Below are positions 1-11,349 of a stretch of 62,546 nt of DNA, in pieces. The position numbers and the translations under genes were made by a program. The notes below the pieces were generated by a model, which worked only from the letters and a program-made list of their open reading frames with translations, was not told the origin of the DNA and made no database searches. Position 1 is the first letter of the stretch. Each line of letters begins with the position of its first letter. Origin of the DNA: Ginglymostoma cirratum (taxonomy: Eukaryota); contig JAHRHZ010000221.1 in assembly GCA_024137785.1 (NCBI GenBank), positions 186,001 to 248,546 of the forward strand. Direction: 5' to 3'.

Positions 1-354
1 TATGTTTTATGTGATTGTGTAGTAATGACTTAAAAGATAAAGAAGACCGAATACATTAAGATTATTTTTTATGGGTGTATTAATCACGTAATTCATTTCT
101 TTATTCGAATTAATTGATTCTCACATGGGAGTGTCGTCCCTGTCGTTTCTTAATGAGCTATTTTAAGAAATTCGATGTGTGATTGATTTGCTTTTTCAAA
201 CCTCGTTCGGGAGGGTATACAACTTGTTGTTGGACTGGGAATCTTTCTGTAAGTGGTGATGCAGAGTGTAAATTGAATTTCATCAATAAAAATGCAGTGA
301 TTTCATGTCTGTTTTGGAATTTTGTGCCTGTTTATAGACGTCAGTCCCAAAGTG

Positions 355-495
355 AATGTGTGTGTGTCAGTGAATGGAAATGTGAGTGTGTGTTTTTGTG
401 AGTGTGTGTGTCAGTGAGTGAGCGAGACTGAGTGTAATTATCTTTAATTGTGTAACTGTGTGTGTGACTGAGTGTAGTTGTGTTTGTGTGAGTAT
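355..495. repeat. Degenerate (GT)n/(GAGT)n simple repeat
   Basis: Run of gtgtgt/gagtgt units. Confidence 0.8.
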
Positions 496-499
496 TTTG

Positions 500-1030
500 G
501 GAGGCTTAATGAAGGAGGCAAGTACATGGCAGAAATCTTGGAAACATTAAGAGATGGACGGATCTCGGAGCACAGGTCAGCAGCTCCCAGAAAGCGGCAA
601 TACAAGTGGATAAGATGATTAAGAAAGCGTGCGTCATGCTTGCTATCATCAGTCGAGGCATAGAGTTATTTTTCCAGTCAGGGGGCTTGCTGTTGAACTC
701 TAGTTAGACTGCATGTGGAATATATTTTACAATTCTGGTCAACACACCACCAAACGGTTGTGAAGGTTTTGGAGAGGCTGCAGAAACGTTTTATCAGGAT
801 GTTTACAGGTTTGGAGGGTATTGGCTCTGAGGAGAATTGAATAAACTTGGTTTGTTGTCACTTAAACATCGGACGCTGAGGGACGGCCTGATAGAAGTTC
901 AGAAATTGATGAGAGGCACTGATAATCGAGATCTTTTTCCGAGGGTAAAAGTGTCAATGGCGAAGTGATACGGGTTGAAGAAACGTCTTGACGGATATGT
1001 AAAGAGGCAGGGAATAAAGGAAACAGACAC
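500..1030 (+). mobile_element. Decayed CR1-type LINE, 3' part of RT/ORF2
   Basis: Typical CR1 C-terminal pieces (caattctggtc..., ttggagagg...cagaaacgttttatcaggatg, ggacggcctgatagaagt); no intact ORF. Boundaries approximate. Confidence 0.65.
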
Positions 1031-1344
1031 AGGGAAACAAAAGCCTTTTTTTTAAAAGAATGTATCTTATGTCACTACATTCTTCGTGACCCCATATGCC
1101 TGTTCCTATGTTGGACTGTTCTTTGATTTTCGATCCGTTAGTTGTGGGATTACTTAGATCTTTCTCTCACTTACTGTTGATATTATTCGTCATGCAAGTA
1201 ATCTGGTTTGGTAGCTTCAACAGGTTGTCTATTCATTGTCAGTCTGTCGTCATCAGCTGTGAATATGCTAAAAAACCCCACCGAAATCTGACAGTTTAGA
1301 AAATGTATCATCGACAAGAGGGCAGGGTGCAGCTGTGGGCTCCC

Positions 1345-1640
1345 GCACAAAGTGTGGTACATTTGAAGTGCTGTCAGTTTTGTGAAGGTAGTTTGCGCAA
1401 ACCAGGACCCCATGAACAATAAGACACTTACCAGATAATGGTTTTTTTAATGATGTTGGCTGGAGATGAGTACTGTGCAGCATATTCAGAAGTCAATTTA
1501 AAGTCTGATGTAAAAGACCAGCCCCACCTGCCCCCAAGAGTGTAGCACTGCCTCAGTAATATCAACCTGGATTTTGTGCTCAAGAATCCGCTTAAACCTC
1601 AACCTTTTGGTTTAAAGCGAAACTACGACCACTGATTCGC
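1345..1640 (-). mobile_element. Deu-domain SINE fragment
   Basis: Matches the reverse complement of the Deu-SINE body and tRNA head (tttgaagtg...ccagataat...gcactgcctcagta...attttgtgctcaag...aacctcaaccttt). Related pieces occur at about 2455-2580 and 2880-2990. Confidence 0.55.
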
Positions 1641-3124
1641 TGCTGAGTGAACAGCAATTGTTTGTGCAAAAAAAAAAGAACATGATCCCACTCGACTCTT
1701 CCAAAGAAAATAACATCAGGCTGCTTAATCTTGCCCCACACTTCACCTCATAAAACGGAGCCATCTTGGATTGGTTGGACCGCGAGTTCTCACGGACCAG
1801 AGTATCTTTCGCCTCTGTTGGATGATTCAGAATTACACACAGACATGACATGAAGTTTCACCAATGATACACTGAGGGTGAATTTGGTCTTGGCTGCAGA
1901 ATTACAGTGAATCACCGTGTGTTTTACAGCTGCCAGATTTTCAATCCCGTTGAGTACAGTAGGAAAGAGACCAGGGCAGATTGTAACCTGAGCTGAGATT
2001 CACTCTCACCAGAATCACTCAAGGCCAGGTTCACCTTGAACATCATTTTGTAAATTCCAGCTCTGTGCTGATACAGTTACGGTCATCGTTCTCCTCATTC
2101 CTGCTGTATTTCAGCACAATGCTGACAGCCTCAGGAGTTTATCAAAGTTATCCCCAGATCCATGTCCTGACCACCACTTCACAACACTGTTTGATCCACT
2201 AGTGTATCATGAACGACACTTACTGCCCACTGGTTTCAGGATGTGAAAGACCGTCACCTGTAAATGGTGTTGACTAATATGATTCTGTCACTAACACTGG
2301 AAAAGTGTTCCAGCAGCTCCGTCAGCGTCTGTGGAGAGAGAAATAGAATTAATACATTGTCGAGTGCATTTATTCAGATTTCTGAGACCCACAGCTGATT
2401 GATTTAGTTTCACTGTTTTCTTAAAATGCCTGTATTTATGTAGTGTCTTTGGGAAAACTTTCCGCAGCCAATGAGCTACATTTGAAGTGTAGTGATCAGT
2501 GGAATGCAGGGAACATAGCAGCCAATATCTAGAAAAGCAGCAATAAGATCATGAGATAATTAACCATTTTGAAACTGATTGACTTTGCACCCGCTCAGTA
2601 TTCCAGTCCATTGAAGCCTGTGGGACAGGTGTATACCTATATTTTAACGAATGCTGATTCCTTTCTTGCTCGTATTGCCATTTCCTCCGGGTTAGAAATG
2701 TCACTTGTTTAGATTCTATGATATTTTAATCTATCGCTCACTCTCACCTCGAAACAAATCTTGTTCCTCGCATAATTTTGGAGCCAAATTCTTCCATTTA
2801 TGTAAATTACCATTTGGTGCTGTCATTTGTTATAAATTAATTGATTCATTAATCAGTTTGTGTTTTCAGTTAATTTCTCATATGGAGGACTGTGACTTCG
2901 ACATTGGGACACTCCCTCAGTACGTGCTCAACGTACTTTGTTCGAATCCAGGACCTTCCGATTTTGATGTGAGACCAGCTGAGACACAGATGACATATAA
3001 ATGTGCAAACTCTGTGACAGCGTAATTGTTTTCAGAAATAGCCGGTTGTAGCTTTAACCCAATCTCTCCGGTTTCATCTACTTGCCTTGAATTTATTCAC
3101 CGGTTTCACTTATTTACGTTTCAG

Positions 3125-3423
3125 ATGTCCAGATCAAACCTTCAGTTTATGTTTCCAGTATTTCAAACGACACAAACTCCAATCAAGATGAGATCAGCCT
3201 CCTCTGTCTGGTCAAGGATTTCCAGCCCAGGAACATCCAACAGACATGGTTCAGCGACAATAGAGAGATCGCAACTGGACTCTAAGTATCCAGCAATTTT
3301 GGGGCAAGATATGAAGATGAGTAGCGTGCTCAGCGTCGGATTGGAATGCAAACAAGGTCTACCACCGTAAGGTGGGCTACAAGGCAAATTAAATGGTGGA
3401 AGCTGTGATCAAAAAGCCTCAAT
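3125..3423 (+). pseudogene. IgW-like heavy-chain CH1 exon (Ig C1-set), pseudogenised
   Basis: Acceptor tttcag at 3123-3124. Translation VQIKPSVYV...DEISLLCLVKDFQPRNIQQTW (Cys TGT 3205, Trp TGG 3247), frameshift/TAA at 3283, then KYPAILGQD..SSVLSV, frameshift, then DWNANKVYH(R)KVGY. The second Cys is mutated TGT>CGT at 3366 and there is a TAA at 3390. Phase-1 donor gttag at 3424. Confidence 0.85.
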
Positions 3424-4629
3424 GTTAGCACAAAAGCTTACTTACCATTCTGAACTGCACCAGGATCAGGGGATAAAGTTGGAAAAAAATCCTTCAACAA
3501 CCAGTGAAGGAAGTTTCTGCCCAAAAGACCCACAAATGAATTCTGGTCCCTATATATTCTATTCTTGCTTAACGGCAGCTCTGCTGGAACTAAATAAAAA
3601 CCCATGAGAATTCACGCAAAATGGCAAAGCAGGGCAACAACATTGTCGCCTGTGATGCCACAAACCCAAATTTAGTTCGGCTGAAGTCAGTAAAACTCAG
3701 TATAGAGGCGGGGGTAATGTAGTTTACCGCACAGGAAAGAAATGCCACGATCGCTGTACCGTTTCTGATACAGCTCCAATATCAGAGGCCCCACCCCTCA
3801 CCCTACAGCACATCACCAATTTACAAGAGCATACAGGAACGGAGGCGACTTAACCCGTCTGATCTGTGCCAGCATTAATCGCAGATGCAAAATTGTTCCA
3901 CTCCTCTACCCTTCATCCACGATCCTGCAAATGTTTTGTATTCCGAGCACGAATCCACTTCTCTTTCAAAAAAAAAAAAAAAAAAAAAAAAAACACACTT
4001 GAATCTGTTTTACCAGCCTCTTTCAGGGAGTGCATTCCAGATTCAAACAAATTGCCGTGTTTGCAAACAAAAAATGCCGTCACGTCAGTCTGGTTCGATT
4101 ATATCACTTATCAAGGCCGAACTTCCTGCAACAATTTATTTCCAACTTTTACTGGTTGTTTATCTAATTTCTCACACACTCCCAAAAATCTAGCGGTGTG
4201 GAAGATCAAGACGAGATTCGTAGATTTCCAAATCGTCTTGAAATCAAGGGACGTGGGGATAACAGGAATACGGCCTTGAAGGAGCTGCCGAGGCATGGCA
4301 CACGAACAAGGGGAGGCCGGTCGGCTCTGAGACTGCTCCATCATTTCATTAGATCACGGCTGATCTCCACCTCAACTTCCAGTGACCTGCCTTTTCTCCA
4401 GATCCCAGTAAAATGTGACGCTGCACTTAGCAGTCGGTAGGTATGGTGCTAGCTCTCCCTAACACAGCTCACTTGGACATGCATGATCATTCTCATCAGG
4501 CTCATTATTCCCAGGCAATTCAAGGTCAATATGGAAGGCACTGGCATTGTGATGGTTTCTTTAGATGTTCGGGGCAATGCATGCATCTTTTCTGTTTCAT
4601 GTCATCTGAAATATTGCAACATTCCACAG

Positions 4630-4930
4630 CTCCCCACGTCTTCTCTGTAGACCATCTCCCAGGATGGAACAACAAACTACTGTTGCTCTGGGGTGCGTAC
4701 CATCTGGATTCTATCCTGGCAATGCACAAGCTTCCTGGTTTAAAGCCGGAGTGCCAATCTCCCAAGCGGGTACCAAACTCCCTTCCACCAAGGGAAAAGG
4801 TGATACATTTGAAACAGTCTCTTACGTGACTGTACAGGTGGCGGATTGGAAGAAAGGGATGAATACACTTGTGCAGTGTCCCATGAGCCGACAAGCTTCA
4901 GTACCAGGATCAACATGAAGTATCGAGAGG
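4630..4930 (+). pseudogene. IgW-like heavy-chain CH2 exon (Ig C1-set), pseudogenised
   Basis: Acceptor ccacag ending at 4629. Reads PHVFSV/PSPRMEQQTTVALGCVPSGFYPGNAQASWFKAG...FETVSYVTVQVADWKKG, then a 1-nt frameshift at about 4857, then DEYTCAVSHEPTSFSTRINMKYRE. The donor reads ataagt instead of gtaagt at 4931. Confidence 0.88.
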
Positions 4931-5379
4931 ATAAGTTGACTCTGAGAGGGAGTAAGGATACCCTGTCAGAAATTCAATCTTCTGTTAATCGAATGCGCGA
5001 ACACTTCCTCACAATTTTGAATCACTGACGTTAGTTGCAGGGAGAGGTAAGATGTTTAGTATTTTCTGTTTCGATATTAAAGCGCCTCTAAAGTGAAGTA
5101 TTATAAAGTAATGCGCTCAGCCTATTTTAACCCTCATTCGCTTTTAGTCGATGTGACTGCAATAGAAATGAAAACAGGGTGAGATATCAAACGGTCTTCT
5201 GAAAATACAGTTCATATCATCTTCGGTTTCCTCCCACTGCCAAAGAAATCTTTCCAATGTTGAATTTGAAAGAATTACCATGATCTGCTTCAACTATCTC
5301 CTGAGGGAGCCAATCCCTGACATAGGGGAGGAGAGGTAAAAATGTATAACATCTAAATTTGTATCTCTTCCAATTCCAG

Positions 5380-5558
5380 GTGAAAAGCCTCCACGTCCAG
5401 GTGGAAATACTGTTCACACTAGTCCTCCTTGCCCTTGTTCGGAGTGTCCGCCGGTCCTGCTCTACCATACTAGCCTTAATGTGACCCTCAGAAATGGTGG
5501 AAAACACCAATATAAGTGTGCCAATCAAATGTGTAAAATAAAGTTGAGTTCATTGTGA
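5380..5558 (+). pseudogene. Cys-rich secretory tail exon of IgW-short type
   Basis: Acceptor ttccag at 5378-5379, phase 1. Open frame [59 protein letters not shown] has 5 Cys and an NVT sequon; AATAAA at 5537-5542 overlaps KIK. Two CH exons plus a Cys-rich tail is the IgW-short/IgX layout. Confidence 0.75.
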
Positions 5559-6049
5559 GTGGAACTGGCCATTGAATTTCATTACAAGTCATCCGACAGG
5601 TTCCACTTAGATAAGTCGATTGGCTGGGAAACACTAAGTAGTCACTTCTAGGCGCCACGTAGCGGGTTAGGTCGCAAGGTCCTGATCCCACGGTTTGATC
5701 CTCGCCTCTGACTCCGGTTGAGAAGAATGGAGATTGTCACCCAGAGGGACAGTCACCTTGATCCAATAAAATCAGAGCTTGGCCTCTTCAATGATGTCGG
5801 TCCTGAGGCAAGCTGGTAACTCAGGACATCAAGGGCGTTCCTGGTGCCTTGTACAATCTTGTAGATTTTGGGTGTAAACAGATGACAGTAAAATGAGAGA
5901 AATTCCCTTCAATCGTGGACACTGACAAAAGTCAATGAAGTGTTCTCAATCTGGACAAGGAGTTGAAACTGACACATTTATCAAAAAAAAAAGGTAAATA
6001 GAAATAAATCTCCATTACCCTGTGATTTCACCTTTTTCCAATGAGGAGG

Positions 6050-8620
6050 GGAATACTTCTGATCCTGCGAGGTTTGATTGTGGGAGAGCAACATGAAGAA
6101 TTGGTCACTAATATAGTGATCAATGCTAATGTGGAAGGAAATTGCTCAACATATTGTCTGACAGGCCGATGGTAGAAATGGAATGTTTGAAGTTAATAAC
6201 ACACGCGATCCTGTCACTGTCCTGAACATCAGCTCGAACTGCAGCCAGAAGAGTTGGTACCTGGCGTTCAACGAATGGTTTGGATTAGGAGACAGATACA
6301 GTAATCATGTCTCTCTTCACGATTGAAATATGTTTATTTTGCTGCCAAGTATTTGCAAGTAGCAGCCATCACTTCATCACAGCCGTACTTGTCAAACTTC
6401 GACGTCCTGGTCTCTTGCATGCGGGATTCAAGGGGTAGCGCCACATCGCAGACGTAGGCCGTCTCACTCTCAATGAATACGATATCAGGTTTGCAAAAGG
6501 ACGTGGTTAATGGGAACCGAGACTCTGTCATTATTTCAGCCATCTTTGCACGTCGCACTAGCTGGTTTAACAATCCGATTACATCGGGCGCAGCAGGACC
6601 GTGGAACTTGGCAAGATATGGTGGAGTGTTTCCAGATTGGCACAGTTGCCTCGGCATTTACAGTTGCCAGTCCTACAGGTGCGCCGAGCTTTCCTGGTTT
6701 TCCCTCGACAGTGACCCAGTTCGGAGCAGGGTAGCTCTGATTAAAAAGCCTGGGGAACAGCTTTGCATTCTTGATAACCAACTATGAGATATTAGCTCAG
6801 CTTTCATGCCCTGTAATATCCTGCAGTCAGCATTCGTTTTCTGCAACCCAACTTGACCTTTTCCAGACGAGACACCTCTATATCGCCGATCGTGTCCAGT
6901 AGGGACATCTCTGGACATATCGGTGGGAAAGAACTCAAGGCCACCAACGCCTGGATCGAGGGGGTTTCCCTCGGCAAAAGTCGTGTTAGTCGACTCCCGG
7001 TTTGGATAGGAATTATGGTCGATAAACATGGAAGACTGAGCCCACCATCCTTCAAAAGGAGACGCTTTAATATTGAGCCGCTTTACATCAACCATGAATT
7101 CCTATCAAAAAAGGTGAAGACTAACAACTGAATATTTTTACGTACGTTTCATGTAAAAATGTCTCACTCCATTTCACAAATCAGGGATTGCGTTTATTAA
7201 TATTGTCTCCAATCTGCTCAGCTCAGTCAATTGCTGGCCTTGCAGTGAAGTCTTGATCATAGACAGTGAACAAATTTAAAGTGGATGGGGAGTATTAATG
7301 CCTTGTTCATTTATACGCAAACTGGGAGTTGCCAAATGTTTTAAATGACCCTTGTTTTTCTTATCGTCATCTATCTGCTGCAACTGTGGATTAACAACTC
7401 TGTCGAGGCCACTTCTGTCCTCACGTTTCATTGGGTCTGATGATGCAAAGTCTTCCCTCAACACCTGAAGCCTGCTAACACCAGAAAATATCAACTCTTG
7501 AAGCTTTTCCTTTACCATTCCAGGAAATTTCTGTCTTCCTCTGAAATCCTTTCATCAAAGAGCGTTGGACCAACAAGACCACCACCCTGCTGCATACAGC
7601 AGTCTGTTCTGATCCCAGCCAGGTCCAGATCACTAAGGTGATTAGGAGTCAGAAGTAACGGGTTACAGCTCAACTGCTCAGAGAGGAAGGCACCCAATAC
7701 ATCACTGCTATGGTTTGCAGTTGGCTGGAGTGGCAGAGTGGGGTGGACTTGGTGTGGTCGGCTCAAAGTAGTCCCTTATCCTCACCAGTGTCAAAGCAGA
7801 CAAGGAGTCTAAGAGGTGGGCAAGAGAACAAAAATTATATGCGAGTTTGCTTCAAGCTTGGCAAAGAGTTTAAGACCTTCTTTGTTTTGCCCGTCTGTTC
7901 CAGTTCCACCCAAAAAATCCCAAGGTCAGACTGCTGCCTCCACTGGCCCAAGAGACAGAGAATCAGTAGATTTATACTTGAGAGATCACTGGATTTTACC
8001 CGAACCTCGGGTCTTCTGGGAGAAGGATGTCAGCTCTGCTCTGGAGCAGATAGTGCCTGATACTGAATGTCCCTATCTGACTGAACTCAGGAGTGGAGGA
8101 AAGGTTCAGTCTGCTCTTGTGCAGTGTCTCATTCACTGTCCCACTTTGCCAGCAGGAAGGTGGTGAAGAATGTCCAAGCCAAGTCCTGGGCCTGGTGACA
8201 AGATTAATACTATTATCCTCAGAAACTCACACCAGTTTGAAAGAGACAAAATCTCTGGGTGCAAGTAGAGCTCCATATTCCCACTGCAGGACAATGGAGG
8301 TGAAGATATGTTACCAAAAAAGTATTATCTCCTCCTGTCTCAGACTGGAAGAGACTCCTTCCTATTCCAGGTAGGAATGGTGGATGCTCTTATTCTGGCT
8401 GCATGGCAAGTTTCCTGGGTAAGGCTAACCTTGACATCACTTTCTCTGAAGGCAATTCACATGACCAAATGTACAGAATCCATTGATGCATTGAGAGATT
8501 TGAATCACATTGTAATGATGTCAGTCAGCATAATTGCTGAAAGAGAACATGACAGCCTACTGCAGCTTGTACAGCCCAGTAAGCTTCGAGAACCTTTGAA
8601 TGTTGAAATGTGAACTATTC
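6050..8620 (-). mobile_element. R2-type RLE non-LTR retrotransposon, decayed, RT core deleted
   Basis: In order on the minus strand: degenerate ZnF pieces (about 8440-8520 SQCINGFCTFGHVNC; about 8160-8200 GLGL-like), Myb-like NKEGLKLFAKLEA (about 7840-7885), RT thumb KDGGLSLPCLSTIIP...RLTRLL (ORF 6804-7055), knuckle KCRGNCANLETLHHIL (about 6610-6660), RLE motif E..FCKPDIVFIESETAYVCDVALPLE...SKFDKY (ORF 6334-6657). Confidence 0.75.
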
Positions 8621-9479
8621 CATTCAAATTAAAAACTAGAATTAGTGTTAGCTTTGTCACATGCTCAAGTGATATGAAAAATGTGCAAAGTCACTGTTTA
8701 TGGCACCATCTTAGGTACAGATAACTAATTCTTACTCATTCTTCCAATTCTGTAAGTCCAGCACAGTAATACAAAGCTTTTTTTAAAAAACTTGAATTAC
8801 TCAAGAAGAGTCCAGCATAAGAACAAACCATTTTTAGAGTGTACTCAAATTACAATACTTCACCAAATTTGTGCCAGCACCTTGTCTCCAGACCACACTG
8901 GGTGAGTCTTCAAACCCCATAAGGCTTGAAAATTCCAAGCCTGGCTTCCAGTCTGTAAGGTCCCTACCTCCCAGCTGGTGGCCTCTGGCCTAGGACTCAC
9001 TCCTGGGGCTTACCTCCCTGTAAAGGCCTCTAGTCCAGGACAACCCCCAGGACTTGCATCCCCACGTCTGGACTGGGCTTCCCTGGGACTTGCCTCCAGG
9101 ACTCTCCTGGTCTCAGCCACCTCCAGGATTCAGTGACTTCCTTCAGCCTGCAAGTTGCCTCTCCAGGAGAGTGTGGACATTAAAACTTGATTTTTCTTCC
9201 CAATCTGCTGAAAGACAGGCAGGCCGACCGACTGAAAGGAACGGGGGGGGGGGGGGGGGGGAAGTAGAGGAGCTCTGGCTGCAGCATCCTACTCCACCAC
9301 CATCTTGCTGATGTACCCATTTCCCAGGCATTGGCCAAAGTCCATGACATTCAAAGCTCACAAAATAGCCAGTTCAGAAGAGGTTTTTGCTGGAGGAGCA
9401 AATTAAAGTGAACACTGTTCGCTCGGCGGTGTTAGAATTTTACTACAATAAAAAGGAGCATTCCAACCTCAGCTTATAT

Positions 9480-10130
9480 GCTGAGAGATCACCTCCTGAT
9501 GTGGCCTCCTCTACATTGGGGAAACCAAATGGAGGCTTGGAGACTGCGTTGTGGAACTACTATGCTTGGTTTGTGACAAACAACTGCATGTCCCAGTTGC
9601 AAGCCACTTCAAATCCCTCTCCTTGGATGGCATGTCCACCCTGAGCCTCCTCCAGTGCCACAATGATGCCCCTAAAGGTCCCAGGAACTGCACCTCACAT
9701 TTTGCTCGTGAACCCTGCAGCACAATGGTATCACAATGTGGACTTCACAAGCTTCACTCTCTCCCTACCCTTGACCTCATCCAAAGCCAGCCCAGCTCAC
9801 CCCTGCCTCCTTGACTTGTCTGCCTTTTCTCCCACTTGTCCACCCCTCCCACCTCACTGACCAATCCAATCCCCACCTCCTTGACTTGTCCATCTTCCCT
9901 TGATGGACCCAACCCCCATCTTAGCTACCCACCTACACTCACCTTTACCAGCATCATCCCCACCTCCTTGACTTCTCTCCACCTATCTGCCTCCCCACCC
10001 CCTCTCCATTTATTTCAGAGTCCCTTTCCACCACCCCACCCCCATTTCTGAAGGGTCCAGACTCAAAACATCAGCTTTCCTGCTCCTGATGCTACCTGGT
10101 CTGCTGTTGATCCAGCTCTACATCTCATCT
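9480..10130 (+). mobile_element. Penelope-like element 3' fragment (GIY-YIG remnant plus 3' UTR)
   Basis: ctctacattggggaaaccaaa encodes LYIGETK; homologous to the element at 48038-50000. Confidence 0.75.
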
Positions 10131-11349
10131 GCTTTCGCCTACATACCACAGCAATAAGGCTATTCTGATGAGAAATGAAAAAATGCTCCTGAATTGAGTG
10201 ACTTGCAATGTCAAAAATCACTACACCAGGTTTATTTGAAAACATATGCTGAGCTCAACTCCTTCAAGGATTGTTAAAACCTGTTAGACTGACCTTGTTA
10301 GAGACAACCTGGTGTAGTGTGAAATTTGACCTTGTCCACCCCAGGCTAATACTGGTATTAGAACTTCATGTTGAAGTGAGGAAGGAGCAACAAGTGCTGA
10401 TCTTGGTAGTGATGCCCACATCCCATGAAATAATCAGACAGTATACTGATTCAATTAAATATAACCCAGGCATATACATCTCCTATTTCCCAATTGCCAC
10501 TTCCTCCACTCTACCACCACATTCAATTCACTTGTGATCTCTCCCAATCACATTCCTTCCCTTGCTCCTGCTTTATAAGGACTCCTCCCCTCTATATTAT
10601 TGTAGAGCGTATGACAACTTCAGCATTGTTTCTTACCTAGGAAACACCCCATCCACTGCTCCCACAACTCACCCATTGACAAAACCCACTCAGACAGGAA
10701 TAAGTGATTCTTACTGTGTTACTGCAGGATATTTGAGTCCATTCCCAAATACTGTCAGTCATTGAACTGAAATTTACAGAAGACCAAGGTGAGGGAGGGA
10801 GTCACTTTGGAAAGTGTTTCCATTTTTGCGTGGATGGAATGGGGAAGAGGATGGTGGTTTGTGCATATGCTCTAGTTTGAGAGGGGAGGGTAGTTTCACA
10901 GGGTGAGCTGGTTCTTTTCATTTCTCATGGAAAAAGGTATTGCTGCAAATGATGTTTAGCATGGTATTTTTGGGTGACATTTGAGGTTGGATTCTGGGGG
11001 CAAATGGAGAAACATTGGGTCTCTGTCAGAATGAGTGCATAGCAAGGTCACCTAGTCACTTGAGGACATGTCCCACCTCCCTTTACACCAACTTTAGCAA
11101 GGCCTGTTTTATTTTTCCACCCAATGTCAGATGGGATAATACTGTACATTATGGTAGAGGCAGATTGGGGAGGTAGTGGCCCTAGTGGTATTATTGCTCG
11201 ACCATTAGTCCAGAGACCCAGGTAATGTTCTGCGAGTTGGGTTCCGATCCCACCATGGCAGATAGTAGAGTGAATAGCAGATAAACAACCTCACTGGAGG
11301 AAGAAAGTTCTACAAAGATCCATAGGCTCAAGTGATGGTGGAGCCCAAA

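Noticed and set aside
3125-3423. TCR-delta constant exon (KPSVYV..CLVKDF resembles TRDC)
   Set aside because: It is followed by a second C1 exon and a secretory-type tail rather than connecting-peptide and TM exons.
3866-4279. Lys-rich ORFs
   Set aside because: Caused by the poly-A run at about 3968-3993 within a decayed repeat in the CH1-CH2 intron.
5650-5712. tRNA gene
   Set aside because: Only A/B-box-like words and no convincing cloverleaf; probably a SINE head, as at 11170-11270 and about 27140-27200.
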